A stretch of 64,000 nucleotides of DNA from positions 664,144,001-664,208,000 of the forward strand of contig NW_027362764.1 of assembly GCF_046119375.1 (NCBI RefSeq), in the 5' to 3' direction. This document shows positions 26,117 to 38,954 of this stretch, piece by piece. Position 1 is the first letter of the stretch. Every line of letters starts with the position of its first letter. The notes beneath the pieces were generated by a model. That model did not search any database, was not told the origin of the DNA, and worked only from the letters and a program-made list of their open reading frames with translations. The position numbers were made by a program, and so were the translations under genes. The DNA comes from Phyllobates terribilis. Taxonomy: Eukaryota.

Positions 26117-27684
26117 CACTGTGTTCCAAATTATTATGCAAATAATATTGTCTCAGATTTACCCAAATTACCTATATGAATTGCAGTCATTGTAATTTTC
26201 CAGTCAAATAACTATTAGAGTACAATTGAAAGGTTTTTGTACAAACTGCCTATGATAACAGTATATTTTTAAGAAAAATAAAAAACTCAAACTGCACTCA
26301 AAATGAATGTTCCAAATTATTATGCACAGCAGAGTTTTCAACCTTTTAATTTTAATAAAGAACAAAAAATGGTCATTTTTGAAATTATAAGCATTAGCAG
26401 GTTATTACAAACTGAAAACAAACAATTTTCAACTCAAAACTTTATTCTAGGTGATGTTACATTTGCACATAGGACCCCTTGTTCAAAAGGAGCTTCTGAA
26501 CTCTCTCGTCCATTGAATCTGTCAGGTTTTGGATGGTTTCTGCTTTAATTGTTTTACATGAGGACAGAATACCCTCCCAGAGCTGTTGCTTAGATGTGAA
26601 CTGCCTCCCGCCATCATAGACACTCCTTTTGATGATGCTCCAGAGGTTCTCAATGGGGTTGAGGTCAGGGGAACATGGGTGCCACACCATAAGTTCGTCC
26701 CCTTTTATGCCCATAGCAGCCAGAGATGCAGATGTGTTATGTGCAGCATGAGACGGGGCATTATCATGCATGAAAATGATCTTGCTGCGGAATGCACAGT
26801 TCTTCTTCTTGAACCATGGAAGGAAGTGCTGTTTGAGAAACTCAACATACATTATGGAGTTCATCTTTACCCCTTCAGGGATCCTAAAAGGGCTGACAAT
26901 CTCTCTCCCCATGATTCCAGCCCAAAACATTACTCCACCTCCTCCTTGTTAGCGCCGTAGCCGTGTTTGCATGGGGTGTCCATCAACCAGCCATCCTCCA
27001 CTCCATCCATCTGGACCATCGAGATCATTTCATGCATGATAATGCCCCGTCTCATGCTGCACATAACACATCTGATTCTCTGGCTGCTATGGGCATAAAA
27101 GGGGACAAACTTATGGTGTGGCACCCATGCTCCCCTGACCTCAACCCCATTGAGAACCTCTGGAGCATCATCAAAAGGAGTGTCTATGATGGAGGGAGGC
27201 AGTTCACATTTAAGAAACAGCTCTGGGAAGATATTCTGTCCTCATGCAAAACAATTAAAGCAGAAACCATCCAAAACCTGACAGATTCAATGGACGAGAG
27301 AGTTCAGAAGCTCCTTTCGAACAAGGGGTCCTATGTGCAAATGTAACATCACCTAGAATAAAGTTTTGAGTTGAAAACTGTTTGATTTCAGTTTGTAATA
27401 ACCTGCTAATGCTTATAATTTCAAAAATGACCATCTTTTTGTTCTTTATTAAAATGAAAAGGTTGAAAACTCTGCTGTGCATAATAATTTGGAACATGCA
27501 TTTTGAGTGCAGTTTGAGTTTTTATTTTTTTTAAATATACTGTTATCATAGGCAGTTTGTACAAAAACCTTTCAATTGTACTCTAATAGTTATTTGACTG
27601 GAAAATTACAATGACTGCAATTCATATAGGTAATTTGGGAAAATCTGAGAAAATATTATTTGCATAATAATTTGGAACACAGTG
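26117..27684. mobile_element. Palindromic non-autonomous Tc1/DD37E (TRT-like) derivative made of two right ends
   Basis: TA TSD and termini CACTGTGTTCCAAATTATTATGCA. The transposase C-terminal half is on the minus strand (26457-27012) and again on the plus strand (27013-27346), with 37 residues between HDNAP and PIE. Confidence 0.92.
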
Positions 27685-27789
27685 TAGATTTACCACCAGT
27701 ATCATGTTGATAAAGAACATGACTGCCCAAATTGTTGGTATCTTCTTTATAGGTTACAATGGAGTCTCAATAAAATGTGTACTTCTTAA

Positions 27790-29573
27790 AGGGAACCTGT
27801 CACCAGTTTTTGAGCCTATGAACCTTTAACTGCTCCTGCTCCTTTAACTGCTCCCACAAACGCTTCTATCAGCTCCCAACTCCCCCTGTATACACCAAAA
27901 AATACTATTTGATATGCTCCTGTGGTGCCTCTGCGGGTTCAGTCACCACAGAGGTACTGCATCTCACCTAGAGTTGTGGTATCTCACTTTCAGGTAAGGA
28001 AGGAGTACTGACCGGGACCCTAACACCTGCATCCAACACTACACTACTCCAGACCAGCAGGAGGGGCAAGATGCATCGCTTCCTGCTGAGCCCTGTCCCT
28101 GGTTGGAGTGGGGGGAAACAAAGTAGGGGGAACCATGTAATGGGTGTGGGTGGAGGAAGAAGTTCAGGGGAGCACTTGTTAGAAATAGTATAAAGAGGGA
28201 AGCCATCTTGGGAGTTGAGGTTCAGTCAGGGGAGTCTGAGAGGAGAAGTAGAGGGAGCAGAAGCTCTGTAGGAGCACTGCTCAGGAGGAGGAGGGCCTAG
28301 CCAGGGAGGCCCAAGACAGAAGAGAGAGAGAGGATCAGGAAAGGCTCCAGGAACGTGGAAGGGACCCCAGGGGTATGGGTAGTGCTGGAGGCCACCCGTA
28401 CGCCCGAATCTACCAGGAGGTGGAGGAGTCAGGTCGCACAGAGGGGACCGGTCCCTAAACTAGCAGAGTTCTTTAAGCCTCAACTAGGAAACCGGAGGCT
28501 GCAGTATTTCACGTACTGCAGCCACAAGCCACATCTAGTCACCGGAAAGGTGGCCATAGAGGACCCATGGGACAGATAAGACGTCAACCGGCAAGATCCG
28601 CGGCCACTGGCCTGAGACACTGGGTGTGAGGTGCAGGGAGACGACCAGAGGGAATACACAGAAGGGGGTCCCGTTACGTACTCTGGAGAGACCTGGGAGT
28701 TTGCTAAACCCCTCCCTGAGTAAGTACAGGACGCCGTGGGAAGTTACTCTAGTACTGGTAACTGGAAGTCTAAGAAACTGTAAGTAAACCCTGAGGACTG
28801 CACCTTACTGTCTCTGTGATCATTATCTGTGCCATCCTCTGCACTACACCATAACAGCAACATCTACACTGCCCTGGAGCTAAGCTCTACCTGTGGAGAG
28901 CTATATCAACTCTGCTGCATCCACACTATCTCCAGAGGACCTGCTCCGCAGCGGCGGCCCTATATAGCCGCATACCACAGGTGGCGTCACAAACTGTATA
29001 TAAAACCTATAAATCCCCTGTAAATATTCCCTTTTATTCACCGCCCTGGGTCACGGACCAGGTCACCACCACTGTGACATCTCCCCTAGCAACGACCGGC
29101 CCGGAACCGAGTACGCCACGGGCCCAGTGGGCGCATCACTCCTGCGCTGTATGTACATAAGGGTGGTCCAGTTCGATAGGCGTTCTCGTTGTGGCATCTG
29201 TGCCTCCTCTCTGTTCCTAATCGCTTCCTCCAGCTTTGATTGATATGGATGACGCATCCTGCATCATCCACATTGTGAACCGAGATATCACGCCTGTGCA
29301 GTAGCCCCACAGGACCACACAGGCACACTCTGCTCTTCCCTACTGTGAGCAAAGCATAAAACAGCACTGTGCAAGCGCGTAGCGACGTCATCGATGTCAT
29401 TCACATCAATCAAAGCTAGGTGCTTGCGCAGTGCTGTTTTATGCTTTTGAGCAGAGTATGCCTGTACGGTCCTGTGAGACTACTGCGCAGGCGCAATATC
29501 TCAGTTTGCAATGTGGATCACTATTCTGTCCCCATGGCTGTGCTGTAAATATATGGCTCTGTGAGACGCTGTC
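27790..29573. mobile_element. Kolobok/T2-like MITE, interrupted by solo LTR E and truncated by the BEL LTR
   Basis: Left end TTAA|AGGGAACCTGTCACC and an internal imperfect inverted repeat at 29266-29519. Confidence 0.65.
27921..29138 (+). mobile_element. Solo LTR E
   Basis: TGTGGTGCC...GGGCGCATCA with 4-bp TSD CTCC at 27917-27920 and 29139-29142. TATAAA near 28188, AGTAAA at 28783. Confidence 0.92.
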
Positions 29574-32112
29574 TGTTCAACCTGTACTTACAATGGCAAT
29601 GGTCGCAGATAGCTTCAACTCAGCAGCAGGCACACACGTTGTGAAGTATCCAGAAGTAGGTTTATTTTTCTTGAGAAATCTTGTGAAATGCATACAACAG
29701 CAACAGGTAAAAAGAAACTTTTCCTCAGACATGCTGTGAGCACATGAGCTCCTAATAGTGACAAGATGGTGAATGAGGAAAGGCAGGGAAAAAGAAGGGA
29801 GGGGTAAGCTACATTAGAGTCACATGAGAGGGAGACAGAGAGAGAGAAGGGACAAAAATCATGGAAAGTAAACCTTACTGTATAGCAACAACCGGGAATA
29901 CATGGGAACTGAAAGACATGCAATACAGTATGTAAAATGTCCAGGATATTCTGTAAATTTCCCATTCATGGGACATACCACTCCCCGTCTGAAATCTTTA
30001 GATTTCAATAATTCTTTGACGTGGTATTTTTTGGGAATGTCACAGTAGACCTGAAAGACAAAAGAAATAAACATACATACAACAATAACAGTAACAGTTA
30101 CAGTCCAATTTTCCGTTGGAGGCCTGAAGTCCTCAACAGCCAGATAATCCGAGTCCAAAAGAAACCCATCTTCAGATTGGGAAAGCCGCAATGTGCGAAC
30201 ACTTCCACCAACCCAACAATCCGCTGGAGAAAGTTCAAACATCCCAACACAGCTGGGGAATATGGCAGTAGGCTCCCCGCTGTAAGCTGTGTCCAGAAGC
30301 AATGTCTTTCATGTGATGCCTTCTTCCATGAAGCACTTGGTGGTATTCGTCAGGTGAATACCAGCCTGCACAACCCGTGACCAGCTCAATAAGCATCCAG
30401 AGAGATGAGGCCTCAGCTTCAACTTTGGAGTCACAGGTATGCTGCGTGTAGAGATGAGGGGAATGGTCTCTCTGTCAGTGACAGGTTTGTCAAATTCAAA
30501 TGTGCTGCCAGCATTGACTGAACAAGAGTCCTCAGGAACAAAACTTGGAAACAACAGCCAGGTGTTGTCACAAAGGCTGAGTGCAGCCATGAGTCCTGTT
30601 TCTGGGTGAGTTGGATGCAGGTCAGTGGGGATGTGGTGCCATTGTTCAGGGGCAACTTCTGTAACCTCCACCACTAAAACAGCAGCACAAAGACCAAGTC
30701 TTGGTGCAGTGTGAGCAGGCCTTGATGCTAGTTTGGTCCTGTCTAGGGCAAATTCACAATGTACCTTGTTGAAGACTTCTGAGGTCTTCAGGTAGGCTTC
30801 TGCAGCTATGACCCTTGTGGATGAGTCAGAGAGAACGTGGACTTCTCTTTTAGTGGCGGCTGAAAGAGAGCTTAAGGCAGAACCAGATAGGAATGAGCTG
30901 GGATGATCTAAGATCCTTGGAGACGTTTTCTATGTTTCCCACCTTTGTGTTTTCTGGGACGGAAGTGGAGTGTTCCAATTCATGTTCTCAGCGGTCAACT
31001 GTCTCAAAAAAATCTTGCCTTGTATGGTGATGGATGCTATAAACCTGAGAGGATCGTAGATGCTGTTCACAACAGGTAAGACTCCTCGTTTGGTGAAGGG
31101 TTTAGTGCAGACTGAAAACGTGTCCCGTTTAATGTCCTACAGCAGACCAAGCCTGCGTTGCATAAAAGGAATGTCAGAACCCAGATCAAGATCCTTTAAG
31201 CTCATTGTACGGTCCTCAGATGGAAATGCCTTCATTACCTCCTGGATGCTGGAGATGGTCTTGTTAGGTCTGAGGTTTGCTGCTAACAACATTTCCTGTG
31301 CTTCAGAGAGCGGATCAATAGTCTCTTTACTTGTGGGTAGAGATTTAAGCCCATCATCTACATAGTAGTTCTTCTCCACAGATAGAGGAGCATCAGATCC
31401 ATACTCTCTCTCACCTTCCTGGGCTGTATGACTCAGTCCACAGATTGCTGCAGCAGATGAGGGGCTGTTCCCGAAGACATGTACCTGCGTCCGGTAGTCT
31501 ATGACCTCGTTATGGATGTCCTTGTCCTAGTGCCATAAGAACCTGAAGTAGTTTTCACTGTCTTCTCTAGCAGGTACCAGCCAGTTGTCTTCACTTGAAG
31601 AGTTGAACACTGTTGACCCGAGGTTGTCATCACAGGACGGTGTTAGAACTCTCCTGTTAGGTTTTTTTTATCTTGCTGGTCACATGACCATTTTTGCCTA
31701 TTTAATCCTGCTCCGCCCTCCTGGCCTAGCTGGACTTCATTGTAATTTCTACTCTTAAGTTAGCCTGGTGCTTAGTTACCTTTCTCAGTCAGTTTAGCTA
31801 GGTCTTCAGACCTTTATGTTCTATGTTGTGTGTTTGTCTTTTACTGCTACAATTTCTGCTAGGAGGTGTCCAACTTTATCCCAGTCCCTAGTTCTTGTAG
31901 GGATCCCTCCCTTGCATCTATAGCTCTTCGTACAGACTAGCCGAGGACTTTAGCGGGTCTGATCGCAGGATCAGGTTCCCCGTTACATCGTAGGGATCTA
32001 GCTTAGTTCTATTGTAGGGACAGATCTCCTTTCTTTCCTTAGTGCTTGTAGCAGATCATAACAGTAAGTCCAGCCCAAAAATATCTCTAAGGAAAGACTT
32101 CCAGTTTCCATC

Positions 32113-32949
32113 ATGGTGTCGGTTCAGGATTTGGCTCAACGCCTGCAGGGACTCTCTCTGGAGGTGGCCGAGCTCCAACAACACGTGAGTAGCTGTTCTG
32201 GAGCACATTTTGTGGAGCCAAAGGTACGTTTGCCTGATTTATTTTTTGGTGATCAACAAGAATTTTTTTCCTTTAAAAATGCTAGTTTGTTGTATTTTTG
32301 TTTGAGACCCAGATCCTCTAGTGATGAATCACAGCGCATAGGGTTCATAATGTCACTTTTGCGCAAAGAACCTCAGGGATGGGCCTTTTCTCTCCAACCT
32401 AGTGATCCATGCTTTAGATCAGTGGATAGTTTTTTTTCTGCTTTGGGGTTGTTGTATGATGATCCTGATCGTGTCTCATCAGCTGAGACGGAATTGAGAC
32501 ATTTGAGGCAGGGATCAGGTAATGTGGAAAATTATTGTACTCACTTCCGTCGGTGGTCTGCCCCATTGGGGTGGAACGATTCAGCTCTGAAAAGTTTGTT
32601 TCTTGCTGGGCTAGGTGAAAGCGTTAAGGATCTGCTGATTGCTTATCCCACACCTGGAAACTTGCAGGAGGCAATGCAATTAGCTATACGGGTGGACAGG
32701 AGACTGCGTGCAACGGTTAATGAGAGTAAATCCTCTGTCATGTCAGCTCTGAGTCTTGAGAGGGTCTGTACTAACATTGGAGAGCCGATGGAGATTTGGG
32801 CGAAGGCACCCCGCTCTCAGGAAAAAGACCGCAGATCTTCTGAAGGTTTGTGCTTTTATTGTGGGAAATCTGACCATTTTATTAAGAACTGTGTGCTTCG
32901 TATGAACAAAAAAAAAAAAAGGTCAGTTACGCCCGTATTGCCTGTTTAA
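32113..32949 (+). CDS. gag: Gag with CCHC knuckle (278 aa)
   Basis: [12 protein letters not shown] and [14 protein letters not shown]; homologous to 3456-4295. Confidence 0.9.
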   Translation: MVSVQDLAQRLQGLSLEVAELQQHVSSCSGAHFVEPKVRLPDLFFGDQQEFFSFKNASLLYFCLRPRSSSDESQRIGFIMSLLRKEPQGWAFSLQPSDPCFRSVDSFFSALGLLYDDPDRVSSAETELRHLRQGSGNVENYCTHFRRWSAPLGWNDSALKSLFLAGLGESVKDLLIAYPTPGNLQEAMQLAIRVDRRLRATVNESKSSVMSALSLERVCTNIGEPMEIWAKAPRSQEKDRRSSEGLCFYCGKSDHFIKNCVLRMNKKKKRSVTPVLPV

Positions 32950-35900
32950 ATACTAAGGGGGTATTTCTTTCTGCTACTACTGCTGCTCAGGAAGAATTAA
33001 TTGAATTTCGGATATTTGTGGATTGTGGTTCTACTCTGAATGTGATTGATGGGGGATTCTTGGAAAAACTTAAATTAAAACTCAAACCTTTGTCATCCCC
33101 TATTGCTGTGGTTTCTGTCAATGGCTCCCCCTTGAAGAGTGTTACTCACAAGGTCTGTGAATTTCCCCTCACTATTAATGGTATTCACCAAGAAAATTTG
33201 GATTTGGTGGTATTAAATAATTTGCCTTCTCCAGTAATTTTGGGGTTACCCTGGTTAAAATTGCACAATCCTGTACTGGATTGGTCTACCAATGAAATTA
33301 AGTCCTGGAGCCCTAAGTGTTATGACAAGTGTTGTAACGGACGTATTGCTGTGGTGGAAAAGGGGGAATTACCTGTACCTATTCAGGATTTTTGGAGAGT
33401 TTTTTCTGAGGTGGAGTCACAAATTTTGCCTCCCCATAGAGACTATGATTGTACCATTGAATTTGTCCCTGGAGCGACTCTTCCTAAAAGTCGTTTATTT
33501 AATCTTACTATTCCTGAGAGAAAGGCTTTGGAGGAATACATACAGACAAGCTTAGCCGCCGGTCACATTAGGCCTTCCAAGTCTCCTGTGGCTGTTGGAT
33601 TTTTTTTGTTAAAAAAAAGGACGGCGGTTTAAGTCCTTGTCTGGATTTTCATGAGATTAATAAAATTACTGTACGCAATCCTTACCCACTGCCATTGATT
33701 CCTGATTTGTTTAACAAGTTAGTGGGGGCCAAGTGGTTCTCTAAAATTGATCTCCGGGGGGCATACAATTTGTTGCGCATGAAGGAGGGTGATGAATGGA
33801 AGACTGCTTTTAACACTCCTGTGGGTCATTTTGAGAACCTGGTTATGCCTTTTGGTCTTACCAATGCTCCAGCATTTTTTCAGAATCTTATTAATGACAT
33901 CCTTAGACCTTTGATCGGCAAAAGTGTGGTTGTGTATTTGGATGACATTTTGATTTATTCACCGGATCTGGAGTCTCATTGGCGGAGCGTACGTGAGGTA
34001 TTACAGTCATTAATTGACAATTTGCTTTTTGCTAAGCTGGAGAAATGTGAGTTCGCTGTACAGAGAATTAGTTTTTTGGGCTACATTTATCTCCAGCGAG
34101 GGCTTTGAGATGGACCCTGTGAAGGTTCAGGCGGTTCAGGAATGGCCTAGGCCTATTGGTTTTAAATTGATACAGAGGATTTTGGGTTTCGCCAATTATT
34201 GCAGAAAATTCATTAAAAATGTTTCTATTATTGTCAAACCACTGACCGATCTCACCAGGAAAGGTGCTAATGCGGTTCAGTGGACTACTGAGGCCATTGA
34301 AGCTTTTGTGTATCTAAAGGAGAAGTTCAGCTCTGCTCCCATCCTTATGCAGCCTGATGTGACTAAGCCGTTTTTGGTTGAGGTTGATGCTTCTTCGGTG
34401 GGGGTCGGTGCGGTGTTGTCTCAGAAAAACAAGGATGGAGTACATCCCTGTGCTTTTTTTTCAAAAAATTTTTCTGAGACTGAACTTAATAACGATATTG
34501 GTAATCGGAAATTGCTGGCTATTAAACTCGCATTTGAACACTGGCGTCATCTCTTGGAAGGTGCTGAATTTCCCATTCAGGTTTTCACTGATCATAAAAA
34601 TCTGATCTATCTTGATGCTGTCAAGCGCTTGAATGCCCGTCAGGCTAGGTGGGCACTTTTTTTCTCGCGGTTTAATTTTTCCGTTACTTACATCCCGGGT
34701 ACCAAGAATGTTAAAGCTGATGCTTTGTCTCGCAGCTTTTCTCCCATGGTCGGTGCTGAGGAGGAGGGGAGCATTTTACAAGAAGGTGTTGTGATTGCTG
34801 CATTGGACTCCGTTTTGGAAGATGAGATTCTTAAAGCACAGGAGAATGCCCCATCTAACACTCCCCATGGGAGGTTGTTTGTGCCTAGGACCTTTAGGAG
34901 AGATTTGTTTGTTGAGTGTCATGAGTCTCGGTTGGCAGGTCATCCAGGAATTTCTGAGACCAAGAGACTTGTGGGTCGCAGTTTTTGGTGACCTGCATGG
35001 CAGAAGGAAGTCATTAAGTGGGTGCGTCAATGTACAGTGTGTGCTAGATCTAAGTCTTCACATACTCCTGCAGCGGGGCTGCTTTGCCCTCTGGAGGTTC
35101 CTAGTGCACCTTGGACACATCTGGCTATGGACTTTATTACTGACCTTCCCCCCTCTGAGGGTTTCACAGTCATCTGGGTGGTCGTGGACCGTTTTAGCAA
35201 GATGTGTCACTTGGTTCCTTTCATCAAACTGCCCTGCGCTAACACACTCGCTAAGGCCTTTGTCAAGGAAATTGTCAGACTACATGGCGTTCCTACTGAC
35301 ATTGTTTCGGATAGGGGACCTCAGTTCGTGGCTCGTTTTTGGCGTGCTTTTTGTGACAGGTTGGGTGTTCATTTGTCGTTTTCATCCGGATATCATCCTG
35401 AGTCTAATGGCCAGACAGAAAGGAAGAATCAGGATGTTGAGCAGTTCTTGCGTTGTTTTGTGGCAGACAATCAGGAGGGGTGGTCTGAGTTTCTGCCACT
35501 TCCTGAATTTACTCTTAACAACCATACATCCTCTTCTGCTGGTTGTTCGCCTTTTTTTTGTTGTTCTGGGAGACATCCGTCTTTTGGGTCATTCTCCAAA
35601 TTGGTATCGGCTGTGCCTGAGGAGGAGAGTTTTTCCGGTGATTTGGAGAGAGTTTGAACGGATGTGCGTGGTAATCTTCAGGAGGCTAGCAAAAAATCTA
35701 AGAGGTACTTTGATAGGAAACGGCAAGAGGTTTTGTTTGCTATTAGTGACATGGTTTGGTTGTCCTCTAAGAATCTGCGGTTGAGGATTCCTTCTAAAAA
35801 ATTGGGTCCCAAGTTTGTAGGGCCCTTTAAGGTGCTTCAGGTAGTTAACCAATCAGCTGTTAGGTTGGAGGTTCCTACCTCCTGGAAGATTAATCCGGTG

Positions 35901-36179
35901 TTTCATGTTTCTCTGTTGAAAAGAGCTTATGTGTCGGATGGAGACGCCTCTGCCACTGTTCCTCCGGTGGTGGAGGACGGGGAATACGAAATTTCCCGCA
36001 TCCTAAATTCTAGACGATATAGAGGGAGTTTGCAGTATTTCGTCGCTTGGAAGGGTTTCGGACCCGAGGATAACTCATGGGTGAGGGCGGATGATGTTTC
36101 TGCTTCCAGACTTGTCAGAGCGTTTCACAAGAGGTTTCCTGATAAGCCTGGGCCTAGGGGATCCGGAGGATCCTCATAA
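32920..36179 (+). pseudogene. pol: Pol with several frameshifts and a stop (PR-RT-RH-IN-chromodomain)
   Basis: VDCGS, YLDD, VDASSVGVGAVL, MDFITDLP, SDRGPQF and YFVAWKGFGPEDNSW are spread over ORFs 33018, 33695, 34014, 35022 and 35664. Confidence 0.93.
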
Positions 36180-37200
36180 AAGAGGGGGTACTGTTAGAAT
36201 TCTCCTGTTAGGTTTTTTCTATCTTGCTGGTCACATGACCTTTTTTGCCTATTTAATCCTGCTCCGCCCTCCTGGCCTAGCTGGACTTCATTGTAATTTC
36301 TACTCTTAAGTTAGCCTGGTACTTAGTTACCTTTCTCAGTCAGTTTAGCTAGGTCTTCGGACCTTTATGTTCTATGTTGTGTGTTTGTCTTTTACTGCTA
36401 CAATTTCTTCTAGGAGGTGTCCAACTTTATCCCAGTCCCTAGTTCTTGTAGGGATCCTTCCCTTGCATCTATAGGTCATCGTACAGACTAGCCGAGGACT
36501 TTAGCGGGTCTGATCGCAGGATCAGGTTCCCCGTTACATCGTAGGGATCTAGCTTAGTTCTATTGTAGGGACAGATCTCCTTTCTTTCCTTAGTGCTTGT
36601 AGCAGATCATAACAGACGGGAACGTGTTCATGTTATCGGGTTTTTCGCTGCCACTCACTGTTACTCGGCTTCTCTTTCTCCCAATAATGATGTGGGCATT
36701 AGTGTTGAGCCACCCCCGTAGTGTTCGAGTTCGGTTCGGTTCGTTGAACACCCGTGTGTTCGCCGAACTGTTCGTTGAACTGTTCGTCGAACACCTTCGA
36801 ACACCGTTAAAACCAATGGCAGGCAAACAAAAACACATAGAAACACATAGAAAACACCTTCAAAGGTGTCCAAAAGCTGACAAACTGCTCAGAAGACACA
36901 ACTAACACATGGAAAAGTGACAAGTACATATAGTCATGCGAAAAGAAAAGAGGTGGAGGAGTAAAAGGAGGGGGAGACACAAATATAGGCATGTCATGCC
37001 CTTCTAAAATCCAAAAAGTGAGAAGCCGAGACTGCCAGTCCGCTCCTGCCCGTGCCACCTCCGTGTCGCCGGGTTTGTGCCAGAGCCGCGGTGAACCCTG
37101 ACGGCCAGCCCCCCTCTCCCAATACTGGTGCCTGTCCGCTGGTGGGTCGAGAGAGCCCCCCTGTGGTGGAGGCAGCTCTAAGCTTTTTAATTTAAATTGT

Positions 37201-37476
37201 CCCTCTAATTTGAATGAATACACTTTAAATCCATTTACAAGGATCTATTGGAGGGCAAGTCTCATGCCAGCAGCCACGTAATTCCAGCTCCAGTAGCGTC
37301 CACTAAAGCTGCTGCAGTTAAAAAGCTTTTATAAGGATCGAGCTCGGCTGTCCACCGCAAGGCATCCTAGTGCCAGTCCCAGCCCCTATGCCTTGGGGTG
37401 CCTCCTGATGCTCTTCACTGAGTATCCCGTGGTCCCGAAGCATTTCCTTTGAAAAAATTAAGTGTCCAAACTACAG
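37201..37476 (+). pseudogene. Degenerate 18S rRNA fragment (helix 18 region into V4), about 275 bp
   Basis: TTGGAGGGCAAGTCT..TGCCAGCAGCC..GTAATTCCAGCTCCA.TAGCG...AAAG.TGCTGCAGTTAAAAAGCT...GATGCTCTT.ACTGAGT.TCCCG..G.CCCGAAGC.TTT.CTTTGAAAAAATTA matches vertebrate 18S. Confidence 0.9.
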
Positions 37477-37741
37477 GTGGTGTAGCTTGCTTAACAGCCG
37501 GGATAATCCGCTGACTAGCAGACACTGCTACTAGGCACAAAGTATTTCCTGGGCTAGATGCAGTTAAAAATTTGTAAGTAGATACTCTCGTTGGATGCTG
37601 AGAAAGCATTCCATAGAGTCTCCTGGCACGCCATATATGATTCTCTTAAAAAGCTTGGGGTAGGGGTCTAGGGGACCCTTTTATAGCCAAAATCACGGCC
37701 CTGTATCACAATACGTCACCTAGGCTGAAGATAAATGGAAC

Positions 37742-38952
37742 TGTAGCACCGAGGGCTCGGTTGCTACAGACGTATTGCACCTCACCCAGAGGTGTGATAT
37801 CTCACTCTCAGATAAGGATGGAGTGTGGATCAGGACCCGACACCTGCATGCATTACACCACATTGCCGTGGGGCAGGGCGACCAATATGCCCCTGAGATG
37901 GGCACGACAGTCCCTGTCCCTGGCTGGAGTGGGGGGAGGGAACACTGAGGAAGGGGAACCCTGCAGTGCAGGAGCAGGGAGGAAGCAGTTCCTGGGTGCA
38001 TTGAGAAGGGAGTATAAAAGGTGGGCACCATCTTAGTTCAGTGCAGAGAAGTCTGAGCAGAAGTGGCAGGGAGCAGGGGCTCTGCATGAGCTCTGCTCCG
38101 GAGGCGGGCCTAGTAACAGAGGCCCAGGCCTGCAAGAGGGAGAAGGAAGGAAGAGGAGCGGAGAAGGCTCCAGGAACGAGGAATGAAGGGATCCCAGGGG
38201 TGCGGACGGGCGAGTCGCCACCGCACGCCCGAATCCACCTGCGTGGAGGGGTCAGGCCAAAGGGGGAGACCGGTCCCCGAACTAGTGGAGGCAGGAAACG
38301 ACCCTCAGCTAGAAACCGGAGGCTCTGACATTTTATGTGGCGCAGCCCCTTGCTCCACCCGCTAGGAAGGCACCACATAGGGTCAGGGAAACTGGCGCCA
38401 AGTTTACCAAGAGGAGGCCCGAGGCAGCCGGACAGAAGTGTTGGTAAGAAAGGCCAGACAAAGGACACACAAAGAGGGTCCTGTGAAGCGCTCCAAAGTT
38501 ATCTGGGAGTTGTCTGAGCCCCTCACCTGGTGAGCACAGTACGACGTGGGCAGCCGTTACCTGCAGACGTGGTCTTGATAATAAGAAATGTGAGTAAAGG
38601 CCCTGAACTGCATCACTGACTCCGTGTCGTTACTGCTGCTGCCCTGCACCATCACCCCCATCCTCCGCATACACTGCCCTGAGGCTATACTCCTCCCGTG
38701 GGGAGTTATGCTACGCTCTGCTGCACCCACAACACCAGCCTTAGCGGTCTGCCCTGTAGCGGCGGTTCACTCTGACCGCAATCCACGGGTGGCGTAGTCG
38801 GACATTTAAACATCAAAACCACATAAATAGTTCCGCCACTGGTTTGACCGCCCTGAGCCATGGAACCGGATCGCCGCCACGAAGACTACAACCACCAGCA
38901 TCCACCAAAAAGGGTCCGGCTCCGGGTGTCCCAAGGCCCAGGGGGTGCGTCA
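37742..38952 (+). mobile_element. Solo LTR F
   Basis: TGTAGCACC...GGGGGTGCGTCA with imperfect TSD GAAC/TAAC. TATAAAA at 38013, AGTAAA at 38593. Confidence 0.85.
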
Positions 38953-38954
38953 TA

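Larger units (their letters stand above)
31641..36614 (+). mobile_element. Full-length decayed Gypsy chromovirus (Tf1/sushi type)
   Basis: 423-bp LTRs at 31641-32063 and 36192-36614 with about 9 differences. 5-bp TSD GACGG. PPT AAAAGAGGGGG at 36178-36188. Confidence 0.97.
29574..36699 (-). mobile_element. BEL/Pao LTR retrotransposon remnant, split by a Gypsy insertion and cut by a hAT end
   Basis: RT motif NYYVDDGLKS (31360), VHVFGNSPSSAAA, and an RNase H-like VHVFSDSS. PPT AGACGGGGAG next to a candidate 3' LTR at 29574-29980 containing AATAAA. The reading frame continues across the Gypsy TSD into 36620-36699. Confidence 0.82.

Noticed and set aside
37201-37476. Functional 18S rRNA gene
   Set aside because: It is only about 275 bp, has substitutions in invariant positions (GCCACGTAA for GCCGCGGTAA), and has no flanking rDNA.
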